This document shows positions 10,688-19,068 of a stretch of DNA of 64,000 nucleotides, in pieces. Every line of letters starts with the position of its first letter. Positions within the stretch are counted from its first letter, which is position 1. The stretch is from Salmonella phage vB_SenS-3, in the sequence record OR896822.1. One strand, given 5' to 3'. Position numbers and translations under genes: made by a program. The notes under the pieces were generated by a model that was given only the letters and a program-made list of their open reading frames with translations, searched no databases and had not been told where the DNA came from.

Positions 10688-11266
10688 ATGACAGCCATAG
10701 TAGCATTTAAATATAAAGATAAAGTATACTTAGCTGGTGATCGTATGGGTTCTAATGGCTATACGAAACTGCTGGTTAAAAATCCGAAAGTATTCAAAAT
10801 CTCTGATGATTTGTACTTCGGATACACTAGTTCCTTCTACATGGGACAATTACTAGAGCATAGCTTTACTGTACCACCACGTTTAGCAGATATTTCCGAT
10901 GATAAATATTTATATACGGAAATAGTACCTAAATTACGTGATATGTTTAACCAGAAAGATTTTGGCGAAAAGAAAAATGAAAAATATGCTGAACCTAATC
11001 TGGGACAATTTATTATGCTCTACAAAGGAAGAATCTTTATTTTCCAATCTAATGCTTCTATTCTAGAAGTTGAATATGCCGGTGTAGGCTGTGGAGGAGA
11101 AGATGTACTTTCCAGTATTCGTACAGGTTTAGCTATTGCGGATTGTCGAGCCACAGATTTAGATGTAGATGATATATTTGAAATCATTGATCTGGCTTTT
11201 ACGCATTGTGCAGATTATATGTGTGGTGTATCTTCCCAACATGATGTTTTAGTAATTGGAGAATAA
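10688..11266 (+). CDS. Ntn-hydrolase / HslV-like peptidase (putative)
   Basis: N-terminus MTAIVAFKYKDKVYLAGDRMGSNG resembles HslV/proteasome beta subunit with Thr at position 2. Confidence 0.4.
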   Translation: MTAIVAFKYKDKVYLAGDRMGSNGYTKLLVKNPKVFKISDDLYFGYTSSFYMGQLLEHSFTVPPRLADISDDKYLYTEIVPKLRDMFNQKDFGEKKNEKYAEPNLGQFIMLYKGRIFIFQSNASILEVEYAGVGCGGEDVLSSIRTGLAIADCRATDLDVDDIFEIIDLAFTHCADYMCGVSSQHDVLVIGE

Positions 11267-11268
11267 AT

Positions 11269-11538
11269 ATGTCTATTCTTTTATCTGCTTTAGAAGCAAA
11301 ACAAAATACTATTGCTAGCATTAAAAAGGAAGTAATTGACCTAGAATCACTTATTGCCGTAGAGATTGACAAAGCTATTAAAGATAAAGAATTTAACTGT
11401 CACATCCAGGGATTAACTGAATACTCAGAAAACGCTAGAAATAGCGTCATGCAAAAACTTAGCAAACTAGGTTATGTTGTAGAAGCTAAGTATGAACAGC
11501 GTGAAGGTTTTTGGCTTGAAATTGATTGGAGCAAATAA
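11269..11538 (+). CDS. hypothetical protein
   Basis: 89-aa ORF. Confidence 0.4.
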   Translation: MSILLSALEAKQNTIASIKKEVIDLESLIAVEIDKAIKDKEFNCHIQGLTEYSENARNSVMQKLSKLGYVVEAKYEQREGFWLEIDWSK

Positions 11539-12014
11539 TGTCGGTTTTCCACATATATACAGATGGTGCATGTAAGGGCAATCCTGGTTTAGGTGCGTGG
11601 GGATTCGTTGTCTATAATGATAATGATGATCGTATTGGCTCTAAATCTGGCTTCAGCCATAAAACTACTAATAACGAAATGGAACTTACTGCAATTGTTG
11701 AAGTTCTTCGTTGGTCTACTAAGAAAGATAATCGTCCAGTAATTATCTACACTGATTCTGCTTACTGCAAAAATGGTATGGAAAGCTGGATGTGGTCTTG
11801 GCAGAAGAAAGGATGGAAGAAAGGAGATGGTGAAACTCCTCTTAATCTAGAACTCTGGCAAGAAGCGTTTAAACTAACTCAACAGTATATTAATTTCCAT
11901 GATACTAACCCAACCTTTGTTAAGGTTAAAGGTCACTCAGGTATTCGTGGTAATGAAGAAGTTGATGCTCTATGCAATACTGTAATTACTGAGCAAGAAC
12001 TTGCTGAGATGTAA
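11538..12014 (+). CDS. rnhA: ribonuclease H
   Basis: IYTDGAC..G, NNEMEL, YTDS and GHSG..NEEVD motifs of RNase H1; ATG 11538. Confidence 0.8.
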   Translation: MSVFHIYTDGACKGNPGLGAWGFVVYNDNDDRIGSKSGFSHKTTNNEMELTAIVEVLRWSTKKDNRPVIIYTDSAYCKNGMESWMWSWQKKGWKKGDGETPLNLELWQEAFKLTQQYINFHDTNPTFVKVKGHSGIRGNEEVDALCNTVITEQELAEM

Positions 12015-12034
12015 TAAATAAATTAAAAATTCAC

Positions 12035-12063
12035 TTGCTTAAAGCCCTCGAATTTATTATAAT
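12035..12063 (+). promoter_or_regulatory. early-type promoter (TTGCTT N17 TATAAT)
   Basis: A-rich UP-like tract AAAAATTCA upstream. Confidence 0.55.
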
Positions 12064-12090
12064 ATTCGTATTGAAAGTGAGGAGGGCTTT

Positions 12091-12369
12091 ATGCGAATTT
12101 ACAACTCAAATTCATTAGGATTTAAACCTTTGAGAAAACGCGCACAATCTCCGCGTCAGATCAGAAAGGCAAATATTGGTGAGCCAGAAACTAGGCTTCC
12201 ACCACCTCCGGAGCAACGTCTAGTTTACTTAGACGAAGAATTAGCCGAAAGGGAACGTAAAGCTCAAGAAGAAATTGAGCGTAAGAAACTGTGTACTGCT
12301 CCTGCATATAATAAGGGTGGTTATCAGTACGTTTCCAGTGAGGAACAAGCTAAGATGATCGGCAGATAA
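12091..12369 (+). CDS. hypothetical basic protein
   Basis: 92 aa; own promoter upstream. Confidence 0.45.
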   Translation: MRIYNSNSLGFKPLRKRAQSPRQIRKANIGEPETRLPPPPEQRLVYLDEELAERERKAQEEIERKKLCTAPAYNKGGYQYVSSEEQAKMIGR

Positions 12370-12385
12370 TTTTTAAAAAATTCAT

Positions 12386-12414
12386 TTGCTAAACGCTTCA
12401 AAATTTCGTATAAT
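12386..12414 (+). promoter_or_regulatory. early-type promoter (TTGCTA N17 TATAAT)
   Basis: Same architecture. Confidence 0.55.
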
Positions 12415-12452
12415 ATATCTCATAAATTGATCAACAAAAAGGAAAACAAATA

Positions 12453-12968
12453 ATGGCTAAGCAGAAAAACGCAAAAACTCAGGCAGCTCCGGCAGTTAAA
12501 ACTTTCGCTCAGACCGAAGCCAATCGTAAGGCTCGTCTGGAACGTCATCTGCGTAAGCATCCTACTGATGCTCAGGCTCAGACTGCCCTGAAGTCTGCGG
12601 CTCCGGTTCGCCAGAAGCCGAAGGCCAAGAACTCTACTCGCGCAACTGCTAAGCAGGTTGTGTTCATCAAGGGTGAAGGTCATAAGTCTGTACCGGTAAC
12701 TCTGAGCTTTAACGGTGGTGCTGAGATGTTCGCCCGCAACGGTATGGCTCTGAAAGACTACGAAAAAGCAGTCAATCAGAAGCGTAAGCCAATGGCTGAC
12801 GTAATGCGTGAATCGCGTGGACAGTTTGGCTCCGTTAAACCGAATATCTTCGGTGTAGAGTACAGCCGTGACAACGTTCGCGCTCTGTGCTACGGTATCG
12901 GTATTAAGTTTACTGGTGCTTCTGATCGTAAATCCGCTAAACCTACTCGTAAGCGTAAAGCGAAGTAA
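12453..12968 (+). CDS. hypothetical highly basic protein (possible nucleic-acid binding)
   Basis: 171 aa, Lys/Arg/Ala rich; codon usage shifted to CGT/CTG/GGT; own promoter and GNRA hairpin downstream. Confidence 0.55.
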   Translation: MAKQKNAKTQAAPAVKTFAQTEANRKARLERHLRKHPTDAQAQTALKSAAPVRQKPKAKNSTRATAKQVVFIKGEGHKSVPVTLSFNGGAEMFARNGMALKDYEKAVNQKRKPMADVMRESRGQFGSVKPNIFGVEYSRDNVRALCYGIGIKFTGASDRKSAKPTRKRKAK

Positions 12969-12976
12969 TGATTGAT

Positions 12977-12990
12977 GGGGCGAAAGCCCC
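12977..12990 (+). terminator. GNRA-tetraloop hairpin GGGGC GAAA GCCCC (terminator/RNA-stability element candidate)
   Basis: Immediately after stop of 12453..12968; no clear U-tract. Confidence 0.4.
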
Positions 12991-13029
12991 ATATACTAAC
13001 TCTTTCTCTGACTAATCAAGGATATTTTT

Positions 13030-13245
13030 ATGTTCTCTAAGAAACCACGTTCCGTTACTGAAATCGTTGCTTCCTTTACCACTATTACTGATGAACTTCA
13101 AGCTCGTATTGAAGCTGACCAGAAAACTGCTGCTGATATTCAGAAACAGCAGGAAGAACTCGCTCTGAAACTGGCTGAAACCAATAAGAGTGAAAAATCT
13201 GCTCAAACTATTAAGGAAAATATCCTTAAACTGCTGGGCAAGTAA
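13030..13245 (+). CDS. hypothetical coiled-coil protein
   Basis: 71 aa; followed by GGGGGCGAAAGCCCCC hairpin. Confidence 0.45.
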   Translation: MFSKKPRSVTEIVASFTTITDELQARIEADQKTAADIQKQQEELALKLAETNKSEKSAQTIKENILKLLGK

Positions 13246-13254
13246 TTTAAATCA

Positions 13255-13271
13255 GGGGGCGAAAGCCCCTC
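13255..13271 (+). terminator. GNRA-tetraloop hairpin GGGGGC GAAA GCCCCC followed by T-rich tract
   Basis: After stop of 13030..13245. Confidence 0.45.
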
Positions 13272-13286
13272 TTATTTGGAGAAACT

Positions 13287-13499
13287 ATGCGTAACTTCGT
13301 TGCAAAGAATGATTTTAACCGTGCTAGCACTCACAAGTCTGCTAGAGACTACACTCGTCTTTCTAAACATGAGCTTCTAGAAGAAATCATGGAAGAAAAC
13401 TGGGATGTTAGTGAAAATGGAACAGACCTGTTTGAAGAAGAGGAACTTCCTCTGAAAGACCCCAAACAGTGGGAGTCTATTAAAGAGACAGCTCTTTAA
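13287..13499 (+). CDS. hypothetical acidic protein
   Basis: 70-aa ORF. Confidence 0.45.
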   Translation: MRNFVAKNDFNRASTHKSARDYTRLSKHELLEEIMEENWDVSENGTDLFEEEELPLKDPKQWESIKETAL

Positions 13500-13529
13500 T
13501 AGTTTTCTACAACAATAAAGGACATAATT

Positions 13530-14231
13530 ATGAAATTCAAGCCCTTTGGTATGCTGGACATTGAATCTCTAGGTACTCCAGGAAATTGCGGTACTACTCA
13601 TATTGCAATGCCTTCTTTCGCTTTTGTAGCGATGCACGGAATTGATAAAGATCCTGATCTGGTATTCGTTACTCTAGACGTTCAAGATCAGCTTAATGCG
13701 GGTGCTAAGGTAACTGCCTCTACTATTGCATTCTGGATGGATCAAGCTAAAAACAGTCCATCTGCGCTCCATATTATGGAGGCTCTAAATGGTCGTAATC
13801 CTAAACTGATTGCCTTCCGTGATGGTAAGCATCACTGCACTAATGACGTAGGCTCTAATTATGCTGCCTTCTCTATGGCTCAGAACATTATGGAATTGTC
13901 TCTAGGAGATAATGCTCTGTATTATGGCAATGGCCCAGAGTTTGATATGACAATCTACTCTGCAAATACGTTCCATGCCGGAACCCATGAAGAAATAGTT
14001 CCGTGGAAATTCTGGAACTTAGGTAACGTTCGATCTTTCCGTAATCAGTGGATGCAAGCTGGTTATAGCTATAAAGATCTAGAAGCCGAAGGTGCTAGCT
14101 GGGCAAAAGCTAAAATGGAAAAGATGGACACCATTCGTTATGGAATCTATCCTGTGAAGCATGATCCAGCATTCGATGCTTTAGTTGAAAGTTATTGTGT
14201 AGCCGTCATGATCGAAAAAATCAAAATTTGA
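13530..14231 (+). CDS. DEDDh-type 3'-5' exonuclease-like protein (putative)
   Basis: LDIES (Exo I-like D-x-E) near N-terminus and HDPAFDAL (Exo III-like H-x4-D) near C-terminus. Confidence 0.45.
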   Translation: MKFKPFGMLDIESLGTPGNCGTTHIAMPSFAFVAMHGIDKDPDLVFVTLDVQDQLNAGAKVTASTIAFWMDQAKNSPSALHIMEALNGRNPKLIAFRDGKHHCTNDVGSNYAAFSMAQNIMELSLGDNALYYGNGPEFDMTIYSANTFHAGTHEEIVPWKFWNLGNVRSFRNQWMQAGYSYKDLEAEGASWAKAKMEKMDTIRYGIYPVKHDPAFDALVESYCVAVMIEKIKI

Positions 14232-14232
14232 T

Positions 14233-14261
14233 TTGCTTTCAGCTCCAAAATTCTGTATAAT
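14233..14261 (+). promoter_or_regulatory. early-type promoter (TTGCTT N17 TATAAT)
   Basis: Same architecture. Confidence 0.55.
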
Positions 14262-14301
14262 ATATTCATAAATTTGAGAGAACAACAAAAGGAAAATAAT
14301 T

Positions 14302-14484
14302 ATGCCAGTATCTAAAAACGTCCGTAAAAATGGTAAAGTAGCAAAACGTAACCTGGGTCTGCGTCGTATGGCTGAGCGTCAGTCCGGCATCCAGAAAATC
14401 TTTAATGTGCTGAATCGCGCCAACCCGAATATTGATAACAGTTCTGATACTGTTCTGCGCACTCTGCTGGCAATCGGTCTGTAA
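14302..14484 (+). CDS. hypothetical small basic protein
   Basis: 60 aa; own promoter. Confidence 0.45.
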   Translation: MPVSKNVRKNGKVAKRNLGLRRMAERQSGIQKIFNVLNRANPNIDNSSDTVLRTLLAIGL

Positions 14485-14537
14485 TAGACCATTTTTAAAA
14501 CAAATTCAAATCTCAAACTTCATATAAGGAAGAAATA

Positions 14538-15176
14538 ATGACTACTCGTATCTCTAAAACTCGTGCTCTGGCAACTATCAAGTCTCTAGAAGCTAAAATC
14601 CGTAAAGCTACTGAACAACAGCTTTTGATTGCTGTTGGTGAAGGTAAGGATAAGAACCAAGTTGTAGTTGGCGCTGCAATCGAAGTAGATGCTCTGTCTA
14701 CTCGTATTAAGACTGATTTCCAGTCTCTGTTGGATATGATGTCCCAGCGTGATCATCTGAAAGCAGCGCTGATCAAGAGCAATGCTGAAACTGTTGTAGA
14801 GATCGGTTCCCGATCTATGACTGTTGCGGAAGCAATCGAAGCTAAGCGTTCTATGGAACTCAAAGCTCAGTTGCTGGCTAACATGCGTAAGCAGTTCCAT
14901 GCTGCTACTGTTAAGTTTAACACTCAGAAGGCTCAGTTTGATAACAAGTATGAGCGTTTGCAGGATACCATGGCTACCCGCGACAAGAAGACTTCTGAGG
15001 ATGAAGTTAAGATGCAGCTTAACCTGCTGGAACTCAAGAACACTCCGTTCCTGATCGATCCGCTGGAGCTGGAAAAGCTGATCAAGCAACACGACGAAGA
15101 ATACCAGGATTTTGCAACCAACGTTGACTTTGTTATGTCTGAGTCCAACGCCTCTACTTTTATCGAAGTAGAGTAA
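14538..15176 (+). CDS. hypothetical coiled-coil protein
   Basis: 212 aa, helical heptad-rich. Confidence 0.5.
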   Translation: MTTRISKTRALATIKSLEAKIRKATEQQLLIAVGEGKDKNQVVVGAAIEVDALSTRIKTDFQSLLDMMSQRDHLKAALIKSNAETVVEIGSRSMTVAEAIEAKRSMELKAQLLANMRKQFHAATVKFNTQKAQFDNKYERLQDTMATRDKKTSEDEVKMQLNLLELKNTPFLIDPLELEKLIKQHDEEYQDFATNVDFVMSESNASTFIEVE

Positions 15177-15566
15177 TGATTTAAAAGACTAGTAAATCGG
15201 TAGACGAAAGCCCAAGCATCTTACCTCGCAGCAGCGGTTGAAATACGAGGTTAAATAAGACCGCTGACCATACTATAAAGTATAATCTATTGGAGATTAT
15301 CTTAATTTATTTTTCGGCAGATGTTGCATCTGTCAAAATAAAACAAGACGTCGTTGGTAGTACCAACACAACTTCAAAGATCAACGCTCAAGTATGAAAG
15401 CTGAAAAGTTAAAAGCACTCAAACTTCTAACCTTCTAAAGCTAAAAGATGCAAAGTATTCGTTGATGATTCAAACCCTAGATCAAAGGTACATGGCTCAT
15501 AAGATATGGCCTGTGGCGCCTCTAGGCTATTTATCGGTTTACTAGTTTCACAATTTAAAAATGTAT

Positions 15567-15595
15567 TTGCTAATTAGTTTAGTTTTCTGTATAAT
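15567..15595 (+). promoter_or_regulatory. early-type promoter (TTGCTA N17 TATAAT)
   Basis: Same architecture. Confidence 0.55.
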
Positions 15596-15625
15596 ATATT
15601 TTTAAATTGATGAGACGAGGCTATT

Positions 15626-15943
15626 ATGATTTTTCATATTCTTATTGATGATGTGCGTAACCTTCATGGAATGGACATTATAATTCGAACCCCCGAAGCC
15701 GCTGTTGAGTTTCTGAATAAAACCGATACCACAGGTCATTTCGTTTATATGGATAACGATCTGGCTGTAGATGATATGGAAGGTTATCAAATTCTTCGTT
15801 TACTCCTAGAATTTGGTCAGAGACCCAAGAAAGTGGTACTAGTAACCTCGAACCCAGTAGCTAAAGAGACCATGCGTAATGATCTCTTAGACGAAGGGTA
15901 TCAAGAAAGCCCTAATCGTATTGAGTACGATTGGCCGGAGTAA
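15626..15943 (+). CDS. hypothetical protein
   Basis: 105 aa; promoter upstream. Confidence 0.45.
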   Translation: MIFHILIDDVRNLHGMDIIIRTPEAAVEFLNKTDTTGHFVYMDNDLAVDDMEGYQILRLLLEFGQRPKKVVLVTSNPVAKETMRNDLLDEGYQESPNRIEYDWPE

Positions 15944-15948
15944 ATAAA

Positions 15949-16398
15949 ATGAAGGCAGCTTTGCTTTTAATAGCTGCCCTAACCTATAGCTTCAATAGTC
16001 ATGCTACCTACGACGCTAAACAGATTGATTGCATTGCAAAAAATGTCTATTTTGAGAGCCGAGGTGAGGGCACGAAGGGAATGGTTGCAGTTGCACAGGT
16101 CACCAAAAACCGTGTTAACTCTGGTACATTCCCGGATTCTTACTGTAAAGTAGTATATCAGTCTAACCAGTTCTCTTGGGTATCTAAGAGACCAAAAGTT
16201 GATAAAACCGATGCGGCTTGGCAAACTGCTAAGAATGTAGCTAGAGTGATATACTACGTTGATTTACCCCATGATCCAACATATGGAGCGTTATACTTCC
16301 ATAGTGGTAAAGAAAAGCCGTACTGGACGAAAACGTTCAAGAAAACAACTAAAATTCAAGGCCACACGTTCTATAAGCCTGTGACTAAGAAAATTTAA
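15949..16398 (+). CDS. secreted cell-wall hydrolase (SleB-like)
   Basis: Signal peptide MKAALLLIAALTYSFNSHA; NVYFESRGE...VAQV..NRV core resembles SleB-type hydrolase domain. Confidence 0.55.
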   Translation: MKAALLLIAALTYSFNSHATYDAKQIDCIAKNVYFESRGEGTKGMVAVAQVTKNRVNSGTFPDSYCKVVYQSNQFSWVSKRPKVDKTDAAWQTAKNVARVIYYVDLPHDPTYGALYFHSGKEKPYWTKTFKKTTKIQGHTFYKPVTKKI

Positions 16399-16406
16399 AA
16401 ATTCAA

Positions 16407-16435
16407 TTGCTTTAAGCCTTAAAATTCTGTATAAT
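16407..16435 (+). promoter_or_regulatory. early-type promoter (TTGCTT N17 TATAAT)
   Basis: Same architecture. Confidence 0.55.
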
Positions 16436-16467
16436 AACTGTATAAATTGATGAGAGGAAAGCGAACA

Positions 16468-16638
16468 ATGAAAACCTTAGTAATTATTGGTGTTAATACT
16501 CATGGTATTCGTACTACGAAAACAGTTAAAACTACTAACATTGCTGAAATTACTACAAATCCTAAGAAGTTTGATTTCGCCAAAGTCTCAGCAGTTATGA
16601 CAGAACAATCTTTTAACCAAGCACTGGGAATTAAATAA
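16468..16638 (+). CDS. hypothetical small protein
   Basis: ATG 16468 after GAGAGGAAAG RBS. Confidence 0.35.
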   Translation: MKTLVIIGVNTHGIRTTKTVKTTNIAEITTNPKKFDFAKVSAVMTEQSFNQALGIK

Positions 16639-17081
16639 TGGAAGAGAATATTCTAGATGTTTTGCGTAGGGCTTTGCAGGAATCCAAGTTTGATGGTTCT
16701 GATAAAGAAGTAGCTAAAAGCTACCAGACCATAATCGGAGATCTTCAGCGTGTTGATAAAGACTTCATTACTTCTGAACAGTTTATATCTTATCTAAAAG
16801 CTCAACTGAAAAGCATTAATCAGACGAAAGCTAAACTTCACAGTCAAGATCTTGATAATTATAGCTTGCAGTCTGCTCAGTATGAATATATACTGAACAA
16901 ATGGTTACAGCAGTATTTGCCTCCTCAGCTATCTGATTCTGAGATTCGCAAATACTTCGCAGAATTAGTTAAGCTGAATCCTGGGATTACAAAGGGTATG
17001 CTGATGAAAGCGATTAAGGAAGAGTTTCCTGGTCGTTACGACGGTGGCATTGCTGCTCAGGTTGCTGGCGAATTTAATTAA
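16638..17081 (+). CDS. GatB/YqeY-domain-like protein (putative)
   Basis: C-terminus NPGITKGMLMKAIKEEFPGRYDGGIAAQV resembles YqeY/GatB C-terminal domain. Confidence 0.45.
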   Translation: MEENILDVLRRALQESKFDGSDKEVAKSYQTIIGDLQRVDKDFITSEQFISYLKAQLKSINQTKAKLHSQDLDNYSLQSAQYEYILNKWLQQYLPPQLSDSEIRKYFAELVKLNPGITKGMLMKAIKEEFPGRYDGGIAAQVAGEFN

Positions 17082-17089
17082 AAATTAAT

Positions 17090-17118
17090 TTGCTAAACGC
17101 TTCAAAATTCTGTATAAT
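17090..17118 (+). promoter_or_regulatory. early-type promoter (TTGCTA N17 TATAAT)
   Basis: Upstream of HNH gene. Confidence 0.5.
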
Positions 17119-17124
17119 ATATTC

Positions 17125-17607
17125 ATGAAAAGGAAAGAATACCCTACTAAAGAAATACTTGAAAAATATTTTGTAGCTGATCCTGATAATGGGATACTAT
17201 ATAGGAAAACAAAGAAAGGTTTGAAAGAGTGTTGTGCCAATAATAAGAAATCACATCCAGATGTGGGATTTCAGGGCGACACCTATCAACTGCATGTCTT
17301 ATTATTTATTATGTACTATGGATATATGCCTGAAGAAGTAGATCATAAGGATACTAATCCTAGAAATAATAGGAAAAATAATCTAAGGGACGCCTCTAGA
17401 TCGCAAAATAATGCGAATAGAAACCAACAATGCAATAATACTTCTTGGTACAAAGGAGTAAGTTGGGAAGGCTCTTCCTTGAGATACCAAGTAAGACATG
17501 AAGGAAAAAATTACAGTAAAAGAGGGTTTAAAACTGCGGAAGAGGCTTTCGAGGCCTCTAAGATATTAAGAGAATCCTTACATAAAGAATTTACTAACTT
17601 TGGTTAG
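17125..17607 (+). CDS. HNH homing endonuclease with AP2-like domain
   Basis: VDHKDTNPRNNRKNNL HNH motif; YKGVSW...RYQVRHEGK AP2-like DNA-binding segment. Confidence 0.7.
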   Translation: MKRKEYPTKEILEKYFVADPDNGILYRKTKKGLKECCANNKKSHPDVGFQGDTYQLHVLLFIMYYGYMPEEVDHKDTNPRNNRKNNLRDASRSQNNANRNQQCNNTSWYKGVSWEGSSLRYQVRHEGKNYSKRGFKTAEEAFEASKILRESLHKEFTNFG

Positions 17608-18237
17608 TAATAGTGGGGTGCCGAAACCACTTATGTAACAACACTGCCGTCCTAGTATAATAGGTATTATTAGGGCTTCACCGCCTGAAGATGTGGGTTC
17701 GAGTCCCACGGTCGGAAAGAGTTGGATAACTGGTGCTTCTAATGGCGAAGCAATCGCAGGCAGTTGCGCACTGCCAAAACCACGCGGTAGTTGGTTCCAG
17801 GCTAACCAACCACTCTTGAAAAGTATATACTACGGTTTTGCTTGTTCAGGAAGCTTCGCATCGAAAATCGGAGGTGCGATTTTATCAGACCGCGTGGAGG
17901 ACGTCTCTCCGTTAAGTGACGAAAAGTGGGACGATTCAGGTAGAGCTGGATATGGAACACCTATACATATGCGGAGTGCGCACAAAGCATATTGCGGTGG
18001 TACTAAACGAAATTAGGAGTCATGACCTGCACAAGTTTAGTATGTCATAACCGATGTACATTCAGTACAAAAACCACTGAAGCTAAGATAGATAGTCACC
18101 TTGACTTAAACTGGAAGATATTGTCTGACGGAAGGGCTGCAGAGCTTAATCTGAGGGGGCTGACCCTACCTACCGTCGGGTATCTTTAAGAGTTCTTACG
18201 AGAACTCTTAAAGATACCTAAACATTAAGGAATACTG
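17608..18237 (+). ncRNA. candidate structured RNA (GC-rich, tRNA-like T-arm at 5' end, several hairpins)
   Basis: No RBS or promoter-proximal start; GTGGGTTCGAGTCCCAC T-arm at 17693-17709 without matching acceptor stem; local GC rise; many stems. Confidence 0.3.
18179..18218 (+). other. perfect 18-bp stem / 4-nt loop hairpin
   Basis: GGTATCTTTAAGAGTTCT / AGAACTCTTAAAGATACC inverted repeat just upstream of the ORF at 18238. Confidence 0.7.
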
Positions 18238-18747
18238 ATGAATCTAGGAACTACTTGTATATTTGATCACAGAGAAATGTGTTGCCCACATATTCTGTAT
18301 GTAGTTCACTTTGCAGAACGTCTTACTCTGGATGAAGCTCGTGAGAAAATGGGTGGAATTACTGGATATGATTTCCGTGAAGGTGAATACTTTAGCATTG
18401 CTCTTGATTACATTGACAATACCCGTCTCTATCATCTAGTGCAGCTAGGGGAAGAAACTGATGAAGTGAAAATGGCGAAAGATACTCTACGTCGTTATCG
18501 TCCTCAGATTCTAGAACGTACACTTCGTGGAGAACGTAGTGACCCATTGTTCTTGAAGTGCTATGACGCAGATGTTAATGAGTATCTAGGACAGCAACGG
18601 TTTTACACTGAAATCAAAGAGTTTGTTCGTGAAAAATACGACGCTCTACTAATTGATTCCAGAGCACGACGTGCAGCTAAAAATGCTGAGAAATCTGCTA
18701 AAGCAGCACTAGAAAGCCAAACCAAACTGAACGAAATCGTTAAGTGA
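18238..18747 (+). CDS. hypothetical protein
   Basis: 169-aa ORF, AAGG RBS. Confidence 0.5.
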   Translation: MNLGTTCIFDHREMCCPHILYVVHFAERLTLDEAREKMGGITGYDFREGEYFSIALDYIDNTRLYHLVQLGEETDEVKMAKDTLRRYRPQILERTLRGERSDPLFLKCYDADVNEYLGQQRFYTEIKEFVREKYDALLIDSRARRAAKNAEKSAKAALESQTKLNEIVK

Positions 18748-18755
18748 TCTAATTT

Positions 18756-18830
18756 CGGGGTGTAGTCTAAGGGATAGGCAGGAGTCTTCTAAATTCCTTT
18801 ATGCAGGTTCGAATCCTGTCACCTCGGCCA
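18756..18830 (+). tRNA. tRNA-Arg (anticodon TCT)
   Basis: Hand-folded cloverleaf: acceptor CGGGGTG/CACCTCG, T-loop TTCGAAT, anticodon loop CTTCTAA, CCA encoded. Confidence 0.65.
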
Positions 18831-18856
18831 ATCTTATTACCTGTTAGGAAAATAAA

Positions 18857-19057
18857 ATGAAAACACGATATATAGTAAAAGTAGTAGGTGAACATTCGCA
18901 AGTAAATACCACGGATGTTACAGCACTAGCATTTGAGGTAGTCTCCGGTATAGTCATATTTCATAATGGGGATATCAAAGCTCCTGAATTTGCTGTGGAT
19001 GCTGGCCTGTTTATTTCTGCAACTAAAGTAACTGTAGTAGCTAACTCTTCTAAATAA
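18857..19057 (+). CDS. hypothetical protein
   Basis: 66-aa ORF. Confidence 0.35.
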   Translation: MKTRYIVKVVGEHSQVNTTDVTALAFEVVSGIVIFHNGDIKAPEFAVDAGLFISATKVTVVANSSK

Positions 19058-19068
19058 TAAGGAAATAT

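Noticed and set aside
12420-12992. 190-aa minus-strand ORF
   Set aside because: Antisense to the codon-optimised basic protein gene 12453-12968, which has a promoter, RBS and terminator in the + direction.
14586-15148. Minus-strand ORFs (168 aa, 71 aa) and + frame ORF 14824-15054
   Set aside because: All lie within the well-supported + strand gene 14538-15176; none has an independent RBS.
17693-18016. 107-aa ORF in the ORF track (MGSSPTVGKSW...)
   Set aside because: It begins inside a tRNA-like T-arm, has no RBS, and lies in a GC-rich hairpin-dense interval where stop codons are rare by composition. It is treated as part of a structured RNA region rather than a gene.
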